Both the position numbers and the translations under genes were made by a program. Shown one piece after another: positions 13,481 to 26,388 of a stretch of DNA of 64,000 nucleotides (position 1 is the stretch's first letter; each line of letters starts with the position of its first letter). Under the pieces are notes generated by a model that saw only the letters and a program-made list of their open reading frames with translations, had not been told where the DNA came from and ran no database searches. The DNA comes from Mobula hypostoma (Eukaryota): contig NC_086118.1 of NCBI RefSeq assembly GCF_963921235.1, positions 26,228,001 to 26,292,000 on the forward strand. The letters run 5' to 3'.

Positions 13481-14072
13481 GTAAACACATAGAGATTCAG
13501 AAAGGCAACTTGATGAAGAAAACAGATTCCGAATGGGCAGAAGTACTCATGAGGTTATGCGCAGTAGAAACAAGATCCAATTCAGTTGCCTGGCAGTCTA
13601 TGTATTACCAATTTGCCAGCATTCAACATGAACTTTTTTTTTTACAAAACAAAGGACAGCTTTGGTATCAACAGGCAATCTTCAACATACAGAGAATAAA
13701 AATGACGTCTGAGCTATAAAGATATATAAATCCTATTATAATCCTACCAGAATGATATGAAAAACTGAAACTTTAGTAATGCAGCACCCTCTTAATGCTG
13801 CAATGGAGTATCAGATTAGATATTAAATGCATATAAAATCCTTATGAGTACTCCAAATTTAACAAATAAATGTATATATTCCTACATGGTGAAATCTTGG
13901 AGCAAATATTTTCATTCCTTTCTTCTTAGACTGTATTCTTGAAAATGTGTATTGCTACAACATTTTCATTATGAGGATAGTTTGCTTGATATGTTATCAA
14001 GGGCATTTTATGTTTGATATGAAACAGCAGGCACAATAAGAATTAAATGAACAAGCTTACAAACTGTAATAA

Positions 14073-14167
14073 AAGGTCTTTGATCTGAAATGTTAACTCT
14101 GTTTCCCTTTCCACAGATGCTGCTGGATCTGCTGAGCATTTCCAACATTTTCTGTTTTTATTTCAGT
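14073..14167 (+). mobile_element. Older Penelope-like pLTR remnant
   Basis: ctgaaatgttaactctgtttccctttccacagatgctgctggatctgctgagcatttccaacattttctg resembles the other pLTR copies. Confidence 0.55.
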
Positions 14168-14276
14168 TTGCTAAAATTAAGTCTAAACACAGCAAAAATT
14201 TTAAAGAAAGGTTAATTAGAAAATTAGCCATCAGTCGGGTTTAATGGAAGCATCATAAGGTAAATGTATATCTCAC

Positions 14277-14380
14277 CTGTCAGCTGCTGGCTGGCAGAGT
14301 GGTCTATTTTCTTGGGAAGAGAGGTAACAGTTGGTTGTCAATCCTCCAACCACTCGTATTCGGAAAGAGTGTCCGAAGTT
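14277..14380 (-). CDS. usp43: usp43 internal coding exon (104 nt, phase 0 to 2)
   Basis: Acceptor tttttcttctatgtcag, donor AG|gtgaga. Translates NFGHSFRIRVVGGLTTNCYLSSQENRPLCQPAAD(R), matching recalled USP43 NLGSLFSIRVVGLSVACSYLSPKDSRPLCHWAVDR. Confidence 0.94.
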
Positions 14381-16843
14381 CTGACATAGAAGAAAAAGTT
14401 TGGTCATGCTCATGCAGACTTTTTATATTTGTAAAAAGCATTGCTGTTTCAGTAAATCAATCAGATTTGCTTGAAGAAACATATTACCAAAGTTGCATTA
14501 TTATATTAAATCTATTACCTTATATGAAATGTACTGGGTCTCCAACAACAGATCACCATTTCCATCATCCTGTTACTCAGTCTTATAGTAAGAAATCTCA
14601 AATTAACAATGAGTTAGGCATAGTGGAGACAAGTTCTCAACAAATAAGACTGAGACTTCCAACTTCATTTCCTGCAAGTCCTTTACATTTGGTGCAAGCT
14701 AAATCACTGAAGTATAACTCAGTTGTACAATTGAGACCTGTCAAACAATAACCTGCACTGAAAAAAAAACTTCTTTCAAAAGCAAAGCCAAAAACATATA
14801 AAATTGCTTCAAAATTTTGTTTCCATAAGAAAGAACGCCTCAGGAAATATTGCAAAAAGACTTATTTTGGAATTTGAGCACCATCAGATCACTGTCGGTG
14901 ATTAAAATAACTAGAGTCAGGTATGCCTGTGGCAAGCCTTGTTTCACACAGTTGGTCATTTCCATCTTGACAGCTTGTTGAATGCACATTATGGAATAGT
15001 ATGTCAATTTATGCAACTGCTGTGTTGGGATCCACAGGGATGTGAGAGCTTCCTAGTTTGGAGAAAACTTTAACCTAATTTAAAAATAAACCTTACTATT
15101 TTTTCCTCTCACACCTTCAGGATTATTATACTAAAACTTTAACTTGTGATGTTGTAGCATAAATGGTATTTTACACTTGCCTAAGCCTTCAGGCACGTCT
15201 GCCCATGGCAGAGTCTGTAGCTTCCAAATTAGCTCTGTCAGTCATCCCAGAACCAAAAAGTACGCAATCTTCAATCCTGAGGAACCTAAGCATCTAGGGG
15301 TCATGGTTGTGGACTGTTTCTTTCCCTCTCAATAACAGCAATCTTACCTGACAGTAGCTGGCGGGCTGATGTCAATAAAGCACACTGAATAAAAGTACTT
15401 TATGCCCATTTCTGCGAACTAGGTTATTGTGAGATGTACTGAGCAATGCTTGCTGGTAAAGGGAGTATGTTGATGTCTGTGGAGAACAGGATCAGGTCCC
15501 CATGATCAGAACAGTTGACAATGGGTTCTGTCCAAACCAATGTCTGAAGATTGACTGCAAAACCTACTATCTAGTGGAGTCAACAGAGTGGGAATTCATC
15601 CTTGATTGCTTCTACTAAGTATGTAGTATTGTGTTGTCCACATTTATAGTCATTTTTCAAACATCTTATTGTAGGTATGATAATGAAAGCTAATTTTGGA
15701 ATTTAATGCACAATATACATGAATATTTAGCTCAGTGTAGGATACACTTTTAAATCATTCTCCTCAAGGGAATCAGAAGGGAAAAATATTCTTGAAGTGG
15801 AGGAAAATATGTGAGACAGCTCTCATTTGTGGCTTTTCAAGGTACTGAATAAATTTCAACCAGATGGCTGCAAATAAATGCAAGTTAAAAATTTGACAGA
15901 TTTTGCATATTACTTCATGAGATGAGAGTTCCATTTCCTGTCACTCACACAAACCTCATATCAAGCCTGTCAAAAGGTTTCACTCAGTGAACACAGAAAT
16001 GTTTTATTTCATCAGTGCAATATCAATTCTGTATGTGGCTTGCAATCTAAATTCTCTTTGACTTCAATGTACATGTAGCTAATTACACAGTCAGAGATTG
16101 GATGATCTTAGAAATAAGCTGGCAGTTACGTTATCAGCACAGTAAGATTGCTTTCTTTCTCAGACGGCACTTCTTATATTGTCTGCCAAGTGTGCATCAG
16201 CTTATGGAAGTAATTAAATGTCTACAGATTTTAATTAAACTACATTTGTAGTTGTATAATTCAACGGTGAAGCAGCAGAAATACTCAATACAGCCAAGTT
16301 GATAGTATAACTCTTTTATAACCCCTAGTTTTAACCAATCTTACTCTTTCTGGCAGGAGTCATTTAGTGTATACTGTTGTAACACTGTCTTTATTTCCGG
16401 TTGGCTTTTGTTTTTAAAAAAGGAACACATTACTTTTCAAAGAATATTAACTAGGATAGCAGTATGTTCGTCAGGAGACAGCTAAGTTAATTTGCAATTT
16501 AAATTTGGCTATTAATTTAAAAGAAATCAAAATATGTTAAGGCTAATATGTTATTGCTCGTGCTCTTGCAGACCAGGTGTTGATGGTGAGTCATGATGGG
16601 ACTGCCCTCTCACAGCATGCATGGAGACTGCACTTAATAATTGCTTGGCAGTAGAATTGGGGATCAATACACTGATGTGCAATTCATAATACACTTTCAT
16701 TAATAGACAGAAGCACTGTTTATGTTGCTGGGAGTGCTGCAGATTTCCTCAATGCTGCAGAGAAATTCAGATTGATCTTTGCCTGTGAGATAAGCAACAG
16801 TAACCAACTTTGACAGAAGCAGCAGTAGCAAAAAGAAAGTTAA

Positions 16844-17084
16844 TGTTGTGTTTTTAATATTTCATAATATTTGAGTAATATTGTAATTATATTGCTTAAT
16901 TAAGCATTCTTTGTTTAAATAGTTCATTATGGGTTATATGTAAAAGTACATAAATGGTAAACATCATTACGTCACTATGTCATATGCGCATCCCTCGCTA
17001 AAATAAAACAAAACTAATGTATTCCTGGCCTCCGTGTTTTTGCTTTCATTTAGCTTTATGTTTTGGAGTTACAAACTATAACAG
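16844..17084 (+). mobile_element. Short solo LTR (241 bp)
   Basis: TGTTGTG...CTATAACA termini; 5-bp TSD gttaa at 16839-16843 and 17085-17089; internal aataaa. Confidence 0.8.
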
Positions 17085-18085
17085 TTAATAAACTTTGTTT
17101 TCTTGGTGTCTATATCACTCAATTTCAAACTAGGTGTCATCTGTAAGTCAGATTTCACATGCAAGATGAATTTGATTGAGTGCACAGATTCCTTCCTGCC
17201 ATGTGTGTAATGATCCAAGCAGTCACCACAAGTAGTTGTTTTCAACTTTAGGGTTAATTCCCTGAGATGCTTCCAATGCATTCAAACTTTTTAAATGGCT
17301 TTGCTGTCAAGGGAGAATTTATTTTATTACCTTTGCTGCCACCTCCAAAGTGGGATTTTAATGTATGGGGGTAGTGCACCCAGGTCATTTTATAAAGTTC
17401 AGTACAGCATTGTGCAGGTTAAATTACTAGTTCTGCAAGAAGAAATGTACTACAGCGTGGCTGCCACCGAGACAAAAGGTGTTGAATTCATCCATTAGTC
17501 CTCCTAATAGCTTTTCTTTTTATTGGCTTCCATCAACTAATGCACAACAGCACTGAATCAAAGTTACACAATTATTCCAAAGATGATTGTAATATTTTTA
17601 AGGCATGAAATTTTCCCCCAAAACACTATTTTCAATTTGTCTGGCACTTAACCAAGTCAGATAGACTTTAAAATTGAAGAAAGCACCATATGTACCAGTA
17701 TCAGTAAAAGAGCAGTAAACAAGAAAGGATGGGGAAAAATATAAGGAATTCTGCAAGGGAGCATGACTAAAGAATGCAAAAGAGGATTACAAATAGTAAA
17801 CAATTTTACAAATATATCAATAAAGCCTACTGCTAATTGTGAGAAATTCTTAACAGAGAGAATGTTGGATAAATAGAGGATAACTGGAATTTAGTAGCTG
17901 AATTGTATTTGGTTCTGATGTTTGAAAATACTACAAGGAGATAACACTCTGACTGTGTAGAAACACACCAGGGATTCAGGGCTGTTAAATAAAGAAAACA
18001 AGACAAAGAGTAAGACTTGACAGGATACCCCCAATTCTACTGAAAGCACAAAGTTAAAAACATAGCAGGAAGAAGCAGTACATAT

Positions 18086-18470
18086 TTCAGGATTTCAACA
18101 AGGAGAATGTTCCCTCCCCCCACCCCCGCTTTCCGCAGGGATCCCTCCCTACCTTGTCCATTCGCTCCCCCCATCCATTCCCACCGATCTCCCTCCTGGC
18201 ACTTATCCCTGTAAGTGGAACAAGTGCTACGCATGCCCTTACACTTCCTCCCTCACCACCATTCAGGGCCCCAGACAGTCCTTCCAGGTGAGGCGACACA
18301 TCACCTGTGAGTCGGCTGAGGTGATATACTGCGTCCGGTGCTTCCGATGCGGCCTTCTATATATTGGCCAGACCCGATGCAGACTGGGAGATTGTTTCGC
18401 TGAACACCTACGCTCTGTCCGCCAGAGAAAGCAGGATCTCCCAGTGGCCACACATTTTTATTCCAAGCCT
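18086..18470 (+). mobile_element. Penelope-like element (Neptune-type) Zn-finger + GIY-YIG endonuclease fragment
   Basis: PGTYPCKWNKCYACPY...FQVRRHITCESAEVIYCVRCFRCGLLYIGQTRCRLGDCFAEHLRSV...LPVATHF. Confidence 0.9.
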
Positions 18471-18479
18471 GATACGTCA

Positions 18480-18800
18480 TTTCATCATGGCTGATCCACT
18501 TTCTCTCTCAGCCCCTTCTTCTTTACTTCTCTTCTCAGCCATGGTTGTGTCATCCTGCCTTTAGAATACTTCTTCCTCTGCGATGTATCTATCCTGCGCC
18601 TTCCAAACTGCTCCCAGAAATCCCCACCATCGCTGTTCTGCTGTCATCCCTGCCATCAGGCTCCTTTTACCCTTGCAGTTCCTTAGCTCTATCCACAATG
18701 ATTCAACACCTTCCGACCCTATGTCGCCTCTTGCTAACAATTTTTGCCAACAACAGAGCCACACCAGCCCCTCTGCCTACCTGCCTGTCCTTTTGATAAA
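18480..18800 (-). mobile_element. CR1 endonuclease-region fragments
   Basis: KDRQVGRGAGVALL and ARGDIGSEGVESLWIELRNCKGKRSLM. Confidence 0.75.
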
Positions 18801-19263
18801 TTAATATGCATATCATTTTGATACATATCATTAATATGCATGGCTCTTGCCAAGAGAAACTGGATGCATAGTCTATAACTCGCAACTTTTGTTTTTTTTT
18901 TACTCACAATAGAAAATGGAACAGATCATAAAGAACATTGGGAACTAGATGTAAGACTGGGTCATCACTGCTGGATGTAGCATCTCCCTCAGATATTTTA
19001 AATTAAGGAAAATATAATTATCAGTAGCACTGATCTGATCAGTGGAAGAAGCTTCATCTCTGGTCCTGTGCTACTTTGATCCCAGCGGCTTCTAGCTACC
19101 TGTGACGAAAGATTGTCGGCCTTTGCCACGTCCTGCTAAGGGACAAGGGTGGGGTGTGCTCCTTCCTTCTCCCACTGCCCCCAGCTTTCTCACCAGCAGC
19201 ACCACCTGCCTTTTATTTTATCTCCATAAGATCTTAAAGTGTCGGAGCAGAATGAAGCTATTC

Positions 19264-19277
19264 GTCTCCATGGCAAC
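19264..19277. promoter_or_regulatory. RFX X-box candidate
   Basis: GTCTCCATGGCAAC matches the X-box consensus GTYNCCATGGYAAC and lies in a non-repeat, CpG-retaining patch. Confidence 0.4.
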
Positions 19278-19844
19278 AAATGAATACTCTGACAGCTGGC
19301 TGCTTAGCAAGGAAAGACGACCAGTAAATGCAGAAGTTGTGTTCGACTGCAACAACATGGGAGAAAAGCACGACAGTCTTCTCTTAAAACAAGGGTGTAC
19401 AATTGTTTTTGATGACTTTTGATTTTGTTTTAGTTCCACACACAAAACATGTTTAGCACACCCATAACAGATGAAACCAATTACTAGGCATAAGTTCCCA
19501 GTCATACTTAAGTGCACATCAAGATCAATACTAATATGCCTCTCCAAAGCAATCATAATTAAGTTCTTGCACCTACTGCTGTTCAGGTAGTGGTTATGCC
19601 CTTGTGATGGTTACTACAATATATCCCTTCACCTGAATTCATGCTTCCAACTCGTCTACTATGATATGTGCATTTGCACACTGAGCTCCAGTTTTGATAT
19701 TGATCCCTGCCTTCCACACATGCCTTTAGTTCTTTCTCACTCAATTATTCAACTGACAGTGCAATTCCTGTCTTACTTTACAGAACTTTTATGAGCTCTT
19801 TGACATGCAACTGATATTACTACAGGGGACAACTGAATAAACTA

Positions 19845-20056
19845 ATACTCACAACACGCTGGAGGAACTCAGCAGGTCGGGCAGCATCAGTGGAAAAGAT
19901 CGATCGACGTTTTGGGCCGGAACCCTTTGTCCTGACGAAGGGTTCTGGCCCAAAACGTCGATCGATCTTTTCCACCGATGCTGCCCGACCTGCTGAATTC
20001 CTCCAGCGTGTTGTGAGTGTTGCTTTGACCCCAGCATCTGCAGATTATTTTGTGTT
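19845..20056. mobile_element. Penelope-derived fold-back element
   Basis: 85-bp near-perfect inverted arms 19847-19931 / 19934-20018. 14-bp duplication aactgaataaacta at 19831-19844 and 20057-20070. Confidence 0.9.
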
Positions 20057-20780
20057 AACTGAATAAACTATTAGCAGCAGAATAAGCAATCAAACCCAAC
20101 CAATGTCACAGCAGCTGCTTTCAATCTTCATCTTGATAGGGAGTCATCCATCAGAGTTCACATGTTAAGGAAGAATTTAAGCATCTGACCAAAGGAGAGC
20201 TACCATTCTAGATTTGGATTGCATCCACCACTGCCCTGGTACCATCTCCAGTGCTGCTTCTTGCAATACAGACAGTGTAGGAGCCATATATCTGTTTTCT
20301 ATCTGCTTTGTACTCCGTGTCCCATGTTTATTAAGTGTATTTTGGTAGTTACTCATGTGGATGGGGACGGAGTAGAAGTGAAGAGTTTTAATTACGTGTT
20401 CATACTTTTTAGAATCAGTCTGGTTAGCTTAGGACTAGGGAGTAGGTCAGGGTGATGTCTTTTTATTGACCTTTAATTTTCAATTAACCATTTGTGTTTA
20501 ACTTCATTTGTAAGAACATAAAAAATAGGAGCAGGAGTAGGCCATCTGGCCTGTCAAGCCTGCTCCGCTATTCAATAAGATCATGGCTAATCTGTCCATG
20601 GACTCATCTCCAGCTACCTGCCTTTCTTCATAACCCATAATTCCCCTACTATGCAAAAATCTAACCAATCCTGTCTTAAATATCTGTACTGAGGTAACTT
20701 CCTCTGCATCATTGGGTAGGGACTTCCACAGATTCACCTCCCTCTGGGGAAAGCAGTTCCTCCTCATCTCCACCCTAAAT

Positions 20781-22600
20781 AAGACCAAAAGATATAGGAG
20801 CAGAAGTAGGCCATTCGTCCCATCGAGTCTTCTCCGCCACTCAATCATGGACTGATCCAATTCTTCCAGTCATCCCCACTCCCCTGCCTTCACCCCATAC
20901 CCTTTGATGCCCTGGCTAATCAAGAACCTATCTATCTCTGCCTTAAATACACACAATGACTTGGCCTCCACAGCCACTCGTGGCAACAAATTCTGCAGAT
21001 TTACCACCCTCTGACTAAAATAATTTCTCCGCATCTCAGTTCTAAATGGACGCCCTTCAATCTTGAAGTTGTGCCCTTTTGTCCTAGAATCCCCTACCAT
21101 GGGAAATAACTTTGCCATATCAAATGTGTTCAGGCCTCTTAACATTTGGAATGTTTCTATGAGATTCCCCCCTCATTCTCCTGAACTCCAGGGAATACAG
21201 CCCAAGAGCTGCCAGACGTTCCTCATATGGTAACCCTTTCATTCCTGGAATCATTCTTGTGAATCTTCTCTGAACCGTCTCCAATGTCAGCATATCCTTT
21301 CTAAAATAAAGAGCCCAAAACAGCACACAATACTCCAAGTGTGGTCTCACAAGTGCATTATAGAGCCTCAACATCACAATCCTGTTCTTATATTCTGTAC
21401 CTCTAGAAATGAATGCCAATATTGCATTCGCCTTCTTCACAACCGACTCAACCTGGAGGTTAACCTTTAAGGTATCTTGCACAAGGACTCCCAAGTCCCT
21501 TTGCATCTCTGCATTTTGAATTCTCTCCCCATCTAAATAATAGTCTGCCCGTTTATTTCTTCCACCAAAGTGCATGACCGTACACTTTCCAACATTGTAT
21601 TTCATTTGCCATTTCTTTGCCCATTCCCCTAAACTATCTAAAGTCTCTCTGCAGGCTCTCTGTTTCCTCAACACTATCCACTCCTCCACCTATCTTTGTA
21701 TCATCAGCAAATTTAGCCACAAATCCATTAATACCATAGTCCAAATCATTTATATACATATAAAAAACAGCAGTCCCAACACCGACCCCTGTGGAACTCC
21801 ACTGGTAACCGGCAGCCAACCAGAATAGGATCCCTTTATTCCCACTCTCTGTTTTCTGCCGACCAGCCAATGCTCCACCCATGTTAGTAACTCCCCTGTA
21901 ATTCCATGGGCTCTTATCCTGCAAAGCAGCCTCATGTGCAGCACCTTGTCAAAGGCCTTCTGAAAATCCAAGTACACCACATCTACTGCATCTCCTTTGT
22001 CTATCCTACTTGTAATTTCCTCAAAGAATTGCGGTAGGTTTGTCAGGCAGGATTTTCCTTTTAGGATACCATGCTGGCTTTGGCCTATCTTGTCATGTGC
22101 CTCCAGGTACTCCGTATCCCTAACAATTGATTCCAACAACTTCCCAACCACTGATGTCAGGCTAACAGGTCTATAGTTTCCTTTCTGCTGCTTCCCACCC
22201 TTCTTAAATAGCAGAGTAACATTTGCAATCATCCGGTATGATGCCAGAATCTATTGATTTTTGAAAGATCGTTGGTAATGCCTCCGCAATCTCTCCAGCT
22301 ACTTCCTTCAGAACCTGAGGTGCATTCCATCAGATCCAGGAGATTTATCCACCCTCAGACCATTAAGCTTCCTGAGCACCTTCTCAGTTGTAATTTTCAC
22401 TGCACAAGCTTCACTTCCCTGACCCTCTTGAATGTCCAGTATACTGCAGACGTCTTCCACAGTGAAGACTGATGCAAAATACACATTCGATTCCTCTGTC
22501 ATCTCTGCACCTCTCATTACAATATCTCCAGCGTCATTTTGTATTGGTCCTATATCTACCCTCAACTCTCTTTTACCCTTTATATAATTAAAAAAAAGCT
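20781..22600 (-). mobile_element. CR1 LINE, 5'-truncated ORF2 with frameshifts
   Basis: NYRPVSLTSVVGKLLE, YLDFQKAFDKV, SGVPQGSVLG, KFADDTK, LVRPHLEYCV; has its own 3' tail at 20781. Confidence 0.93.
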
Positions 22601-22823
22601 TTTATATATTTAAAAAAATCTACTCCTTCGCAAAATGAGGCTATGTCCACTAGTTCTAGTCTCACCTATCAGTGGAAACAATTTTCCTGCCTCTATCTTA
22701 TCTATTGCTTTCATAATTTTATATGTTTCCATAAGATCTCCTCTCATTCTTCTGAATTCCAGCAAGTGAAGTTTCAGGCGATTCAATCACTCCTCATAGT
22801 CTAACGCCCTCATCTCTGGATCA

Positions 22824-23033
22824 TGCAAACATGAAGAAATCTGCAGATGCTGGAATTTCAAGCAACACACATAAAAGTTGCTGGTGAATGCAGCAGGCCA
22901 GGCAGCATCTCTACGAAGAGGTACAGTCGACGGTTCGGGGCGAGACTGAAGGTCTCGGCCCGAAACGTCGACTGTACCTCTTCCTAGAGATGCTACCTGT
23001 CTTGCTGCGTTCACCAGCAACTTTTGTGTGTTG
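22824..23033. mobile_element. Penelope-derived fold-back element
   Basis: Inverted arms about 22862-22946 / 22952-23034. 13-bp duplication catctctggatca at 22811-22823 and 23034-23046. Confidence 0.88.
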
Positions 23034-25001
23034 CATCTCTGGATCAACCTGCTTAATTTTGTTAGTTTTAGTTTCATTAGTTTTTTTTGCTTTAAGTTTG
23101 CTTGTTTTGCTAGTTACTAATGAAGGATCAAATACATTTCTTTGACTTTGAACATTATAATTATTGAATTCTATGGAAGATGCCTCAACCAGAATTAACT
23201 CCCCACATCCCTGTGCCTAGCCTCCAAGTTTTGTTGGTTTGTTCGAGTCACTGCTACAAACAACTACATGCAGCAAACTATTGTTCAATGCATTGTAGAG
23301 ATCATAACAGAAGGGCAAATGATATACAGTTAAATTACTGCATGATCTTTCTTCACTTTTATGCCACACACATGTAAAGCTGAGCACTGCCCATTATTAC
23401 CAATTCACCATCAGAGTATGCATGGTATCCAATTCTGTGAATTGAAGAGGGTATAAAAGAGATTTACCAGAATTGTTTCAGAGATAATAGAATTCATAAT
23501 GTGAAATAAATGCCAATATTAAATCTGAAAGTGACAGATTTTTGTTATGGAATATAGAGTTAGGTCACAGATTAGTCATAATTTCGATAAATGTAAGAAC
23601 ACATTTAAGGAACAAAATGGACTCCAGGGTCCAGAGGAACAAGAGGTTGCAGATATGACTGGCAGAAAAAAAAGTCAAAAAGAAAATTAGAAGAATTTTT
23701 ATTTATTCATTGCCTGATCTGAATTGATTTTACTTGAAAAGGCAGTGGAAATTGATCTAACAATAACCTTCTAAATGGAAGTATATATATATTCAAAATG
23801 GAGGAAAAAGAAACTGCAGGACTATGAGGAAAGAACAGGAAAATGGAACTCATTTACAAACTCTTCCAAACATGCAGCAGAGTCAGGTTGGTTTGAATGG
23901 CTTTACACTGCGCTGCATGATTCTATGATTTTTCTTTCATTAATGAGGAAAGTTACAGAAAATCCAATCTAATGTGCAACAAGGGTCTGATTAAAGATGG
24001 AATCCCAGACTGAATTTCAACCAATCTTACAATCCTTTTGCTGGTATGCATTTACTTAGCGGCAATGAAAATTCGTGGAAAAGTACTGACTGGAAGGCAG
24101 TCAAAATATGATCAAATTAATGGAGAGCTATGGATAGTTTACAGTCACCCAACTGCATGTCCAGGCACATAACAAATAAACAACTTATTTTGCTCTTAGT
24201 ATTAGCAAGAAAATTATGCCATTCAAGTGAGGAAGTAGTTAAGTGCTTGCCAGCTACAACCAGATGCATGGAAGCAGAAGAAGCTGTAACGGAAGTTATA
24301 AGAACAAAAAGAATTGCAGTGGTTTCTTCACAAATTCACTAGAATTAAATACTTATAAGTAATAATTAATCAAAAACCAGGTACATTTTCGGATTTCAAG
24401 AGGTCCCTGCAGATATTGATCGCTATTATTTTTCTGGCAACCTTGAATGAATCCAAATTATATTCTGTAATAATAGTCAGAACCTTACGGGCAATTTGAA
24501 TTGCCTTTCCTTCAGACACCAGCATAGCGTTTATGCCATCCTAATGCAAGTTCTAGCAAACATGCTTAATAGGAAGGGCATTGCTGAATATTTTAAATCT
24601 TCTCTACTCTGAACTGGTAAGCACTAGCGTGCAGAGTGACCTCTAGGAAGCCTCAACTCTTTTTCTGGTAAAAATACTTCAGATTTCACATTTTATTTTT
24701 ACGAGCAAGGTTGTAGGGTTCATTTCTATTTCTAGTGCATTCTCAGAACGTACTCTCACCACCTGTCTATAACCGCATCTAAGCCCAGTGTGCAGAGTGC
24801 AATACAAGCCACATCAAAATTAAGTAATTAATACCCGAATGAAAGTCATTAAGTACTTGTCATCTAAACTCCAGAAGCATGGAGTAATCCTTCACATATT
24901 TATGCATATTACTTTAGATGACTGATTTTTTTCTATTCTTGTCACATTCACTAAGGAACAGTGAACTACTGTATGCATGTCATCTAGGCAAATTCATAGT
25001 C

Positions 25002-25452
25002 ATACCTTATTGATCCCGGGGGAAATTGGTTTTCGTTACAGTTGCACCATAAATAATTAAATAGTAATAAAACCATAAATAATTAAATAGTAATATGTAA
25101 ATTTATGCCAGGAAATAAGTCCAGACCAGCCTATTGGCTCAGAGTGTCTGACCCTCCAAGGGAGGAGTTGTAAAGTTTGATGGCCACAGGCAGGAATGAC
25201 TTCCTATGACGCTCTGTGCTGCATCTCGATGGAATGAGTCTCTGGCTGAATGTACTCCTGTGCTCAACCAGTACATTATGTAGTGGATGGGAGACATTGT
25301 CCAAGATGGCATGCAACTTGGACAGCATCCTCTTTTCAGACACCACCGTCAGAGAGCCCAGTTCCACCCCCACAACATCACTGGCCTTACGAATGAGGTT
25401 GTTGATTCTGTTGGTGTCTGCTACCCTCAGCCTGCTGCCTCAGCACACAACA
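25002..25452 (-). mobile_element. Rex1/Babar-like LINE 3' fragment
   Basis: VVCWGSRLRVADTNRINNLIRKAS...ILDNVSHPLH...STERHRKSFLPVAIKLYNSS followed by a 3' UTR. Confidence 0.85.
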
Positions 25453-26276
25453 CAAATTGTTCAATAAATAAGTATACTAAGGTAGTAGAAAAGGGAGAAA
25501 ATAAAATGAATGCAGAATATAATGCTATAGATATACAGAAAGTGTGGTGCAAGGGCTTGACAATGTAGATTGAGAGATCAAGAGTTTATCTTTCATCCTT
25601 CAGAAAGGAAGCAATCATTAGGAGTTGGCAGCTTACATTAATCCTATTCATGAAATGACATTAGGTACTGGCTTATGAGCGAGCACATATCCTGTGTTTT
25701 ATTTTAACAATGATTGGAATTTGTTTCTTGCTCACATTTAGAAGTTGTACTTTCCTGAGGAAAGGCAAAGACTTATATTGCGCAAGGACTTCCAGTTGTG
25801 TAGCCCACCTACCTCCCCTGGGGATGAAAGCTGGTGTTACATCATCTGATTGTTTTCTGTGCAGCTTGACGAGGAGATGAGCTGCACCTGCTGTGGAACT
25901 GCTTCATTATTGCTAAGCAGAGGTCCTATTGGTCAGTTTTGTTTATGAGAATACATAAATGGAATCTGCTCAAGTCCAAAAATACCCAGTTCTCCACTTT
26001 GTAAAACAATATATGAATAATTTCCATTTTGTAACACATCTACTGCATTTCCAAATGACTGCTTTTGCAATGCTGCTTTTCTGCTGGCCACTTCTAACAC
26101 AGTCCAGATATGAATGTTGATCTGAATCATATCAGATCATATGGCAGATGTTCTCAAAATAAAACAGTGACATTTGCTGAACAAATTACTACCCACATTT
26201 TATATCTTTTCTTTCATTTTTGTCTGATTGACTTCAGAGTCCCTGAGTTGTGCAGTTCACAGTTATCTCAACTGAC

Positions 26277-26388
26277 CTGTGAATGTGTCTCATTTTTCAT
26301 CAGATAGTACATTTTGTTGAGGATGCACTGATGTAGCTGTTCCCAGGTTAATGAGCGATCTTCCCGTAACAAAAACGGTGGACCAAAC
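26277..26388 (-). CDS. usp43: usp43 internal coding exon (112 nt, phase 2 to 0)
   Basis: Acceptor ttctctgttgatcactttag, donor CAG|gtcagt. Translates (R)FGPPFLLREDRSLTWEQLHQCILNKMYYLMKNETHSQ, close to recalled USP43 RFGPPFLIREDRAVSWAQLQQSILSKVRHLMKSEAPVQ and closer than to USP31 RFGLPFVLH. Confidence 0.96.

Larger units (their letters stand above)
20510..23050 (-). mobile_element. CR1 3' fragment (20510-20780 + 22616-22823 + 23034-23050) hosting two later insertions
   Basis: The CR1 tail at 20510 continues collinearly after 22616 (tactccttcg...ctatgtccactagttctag). Confidence 0.75.

Noticed and set aside
14299..14751. 150-aa plus-strand ORF
   Set aside because: Antisense to a real usp43 exon, non-ATG start, no recognisable motifs.
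19102..19556. Overlapping 106-aa and 112-aa ORFs on both strands
   Set aside because: No recognisable homology or convincing splice pair; better explained as a GC-richer non-coding patch.
25933..26121. Protein-like ORF (INIHIWTVLEVASRK...) starting after a CAG in phase with the 26277 exon
   Set aside because: No polypyrimidine tract before the AG, weak out-of-phase donor, no resemblance to USP43; the 26277 and 14380 exons already join correctly.
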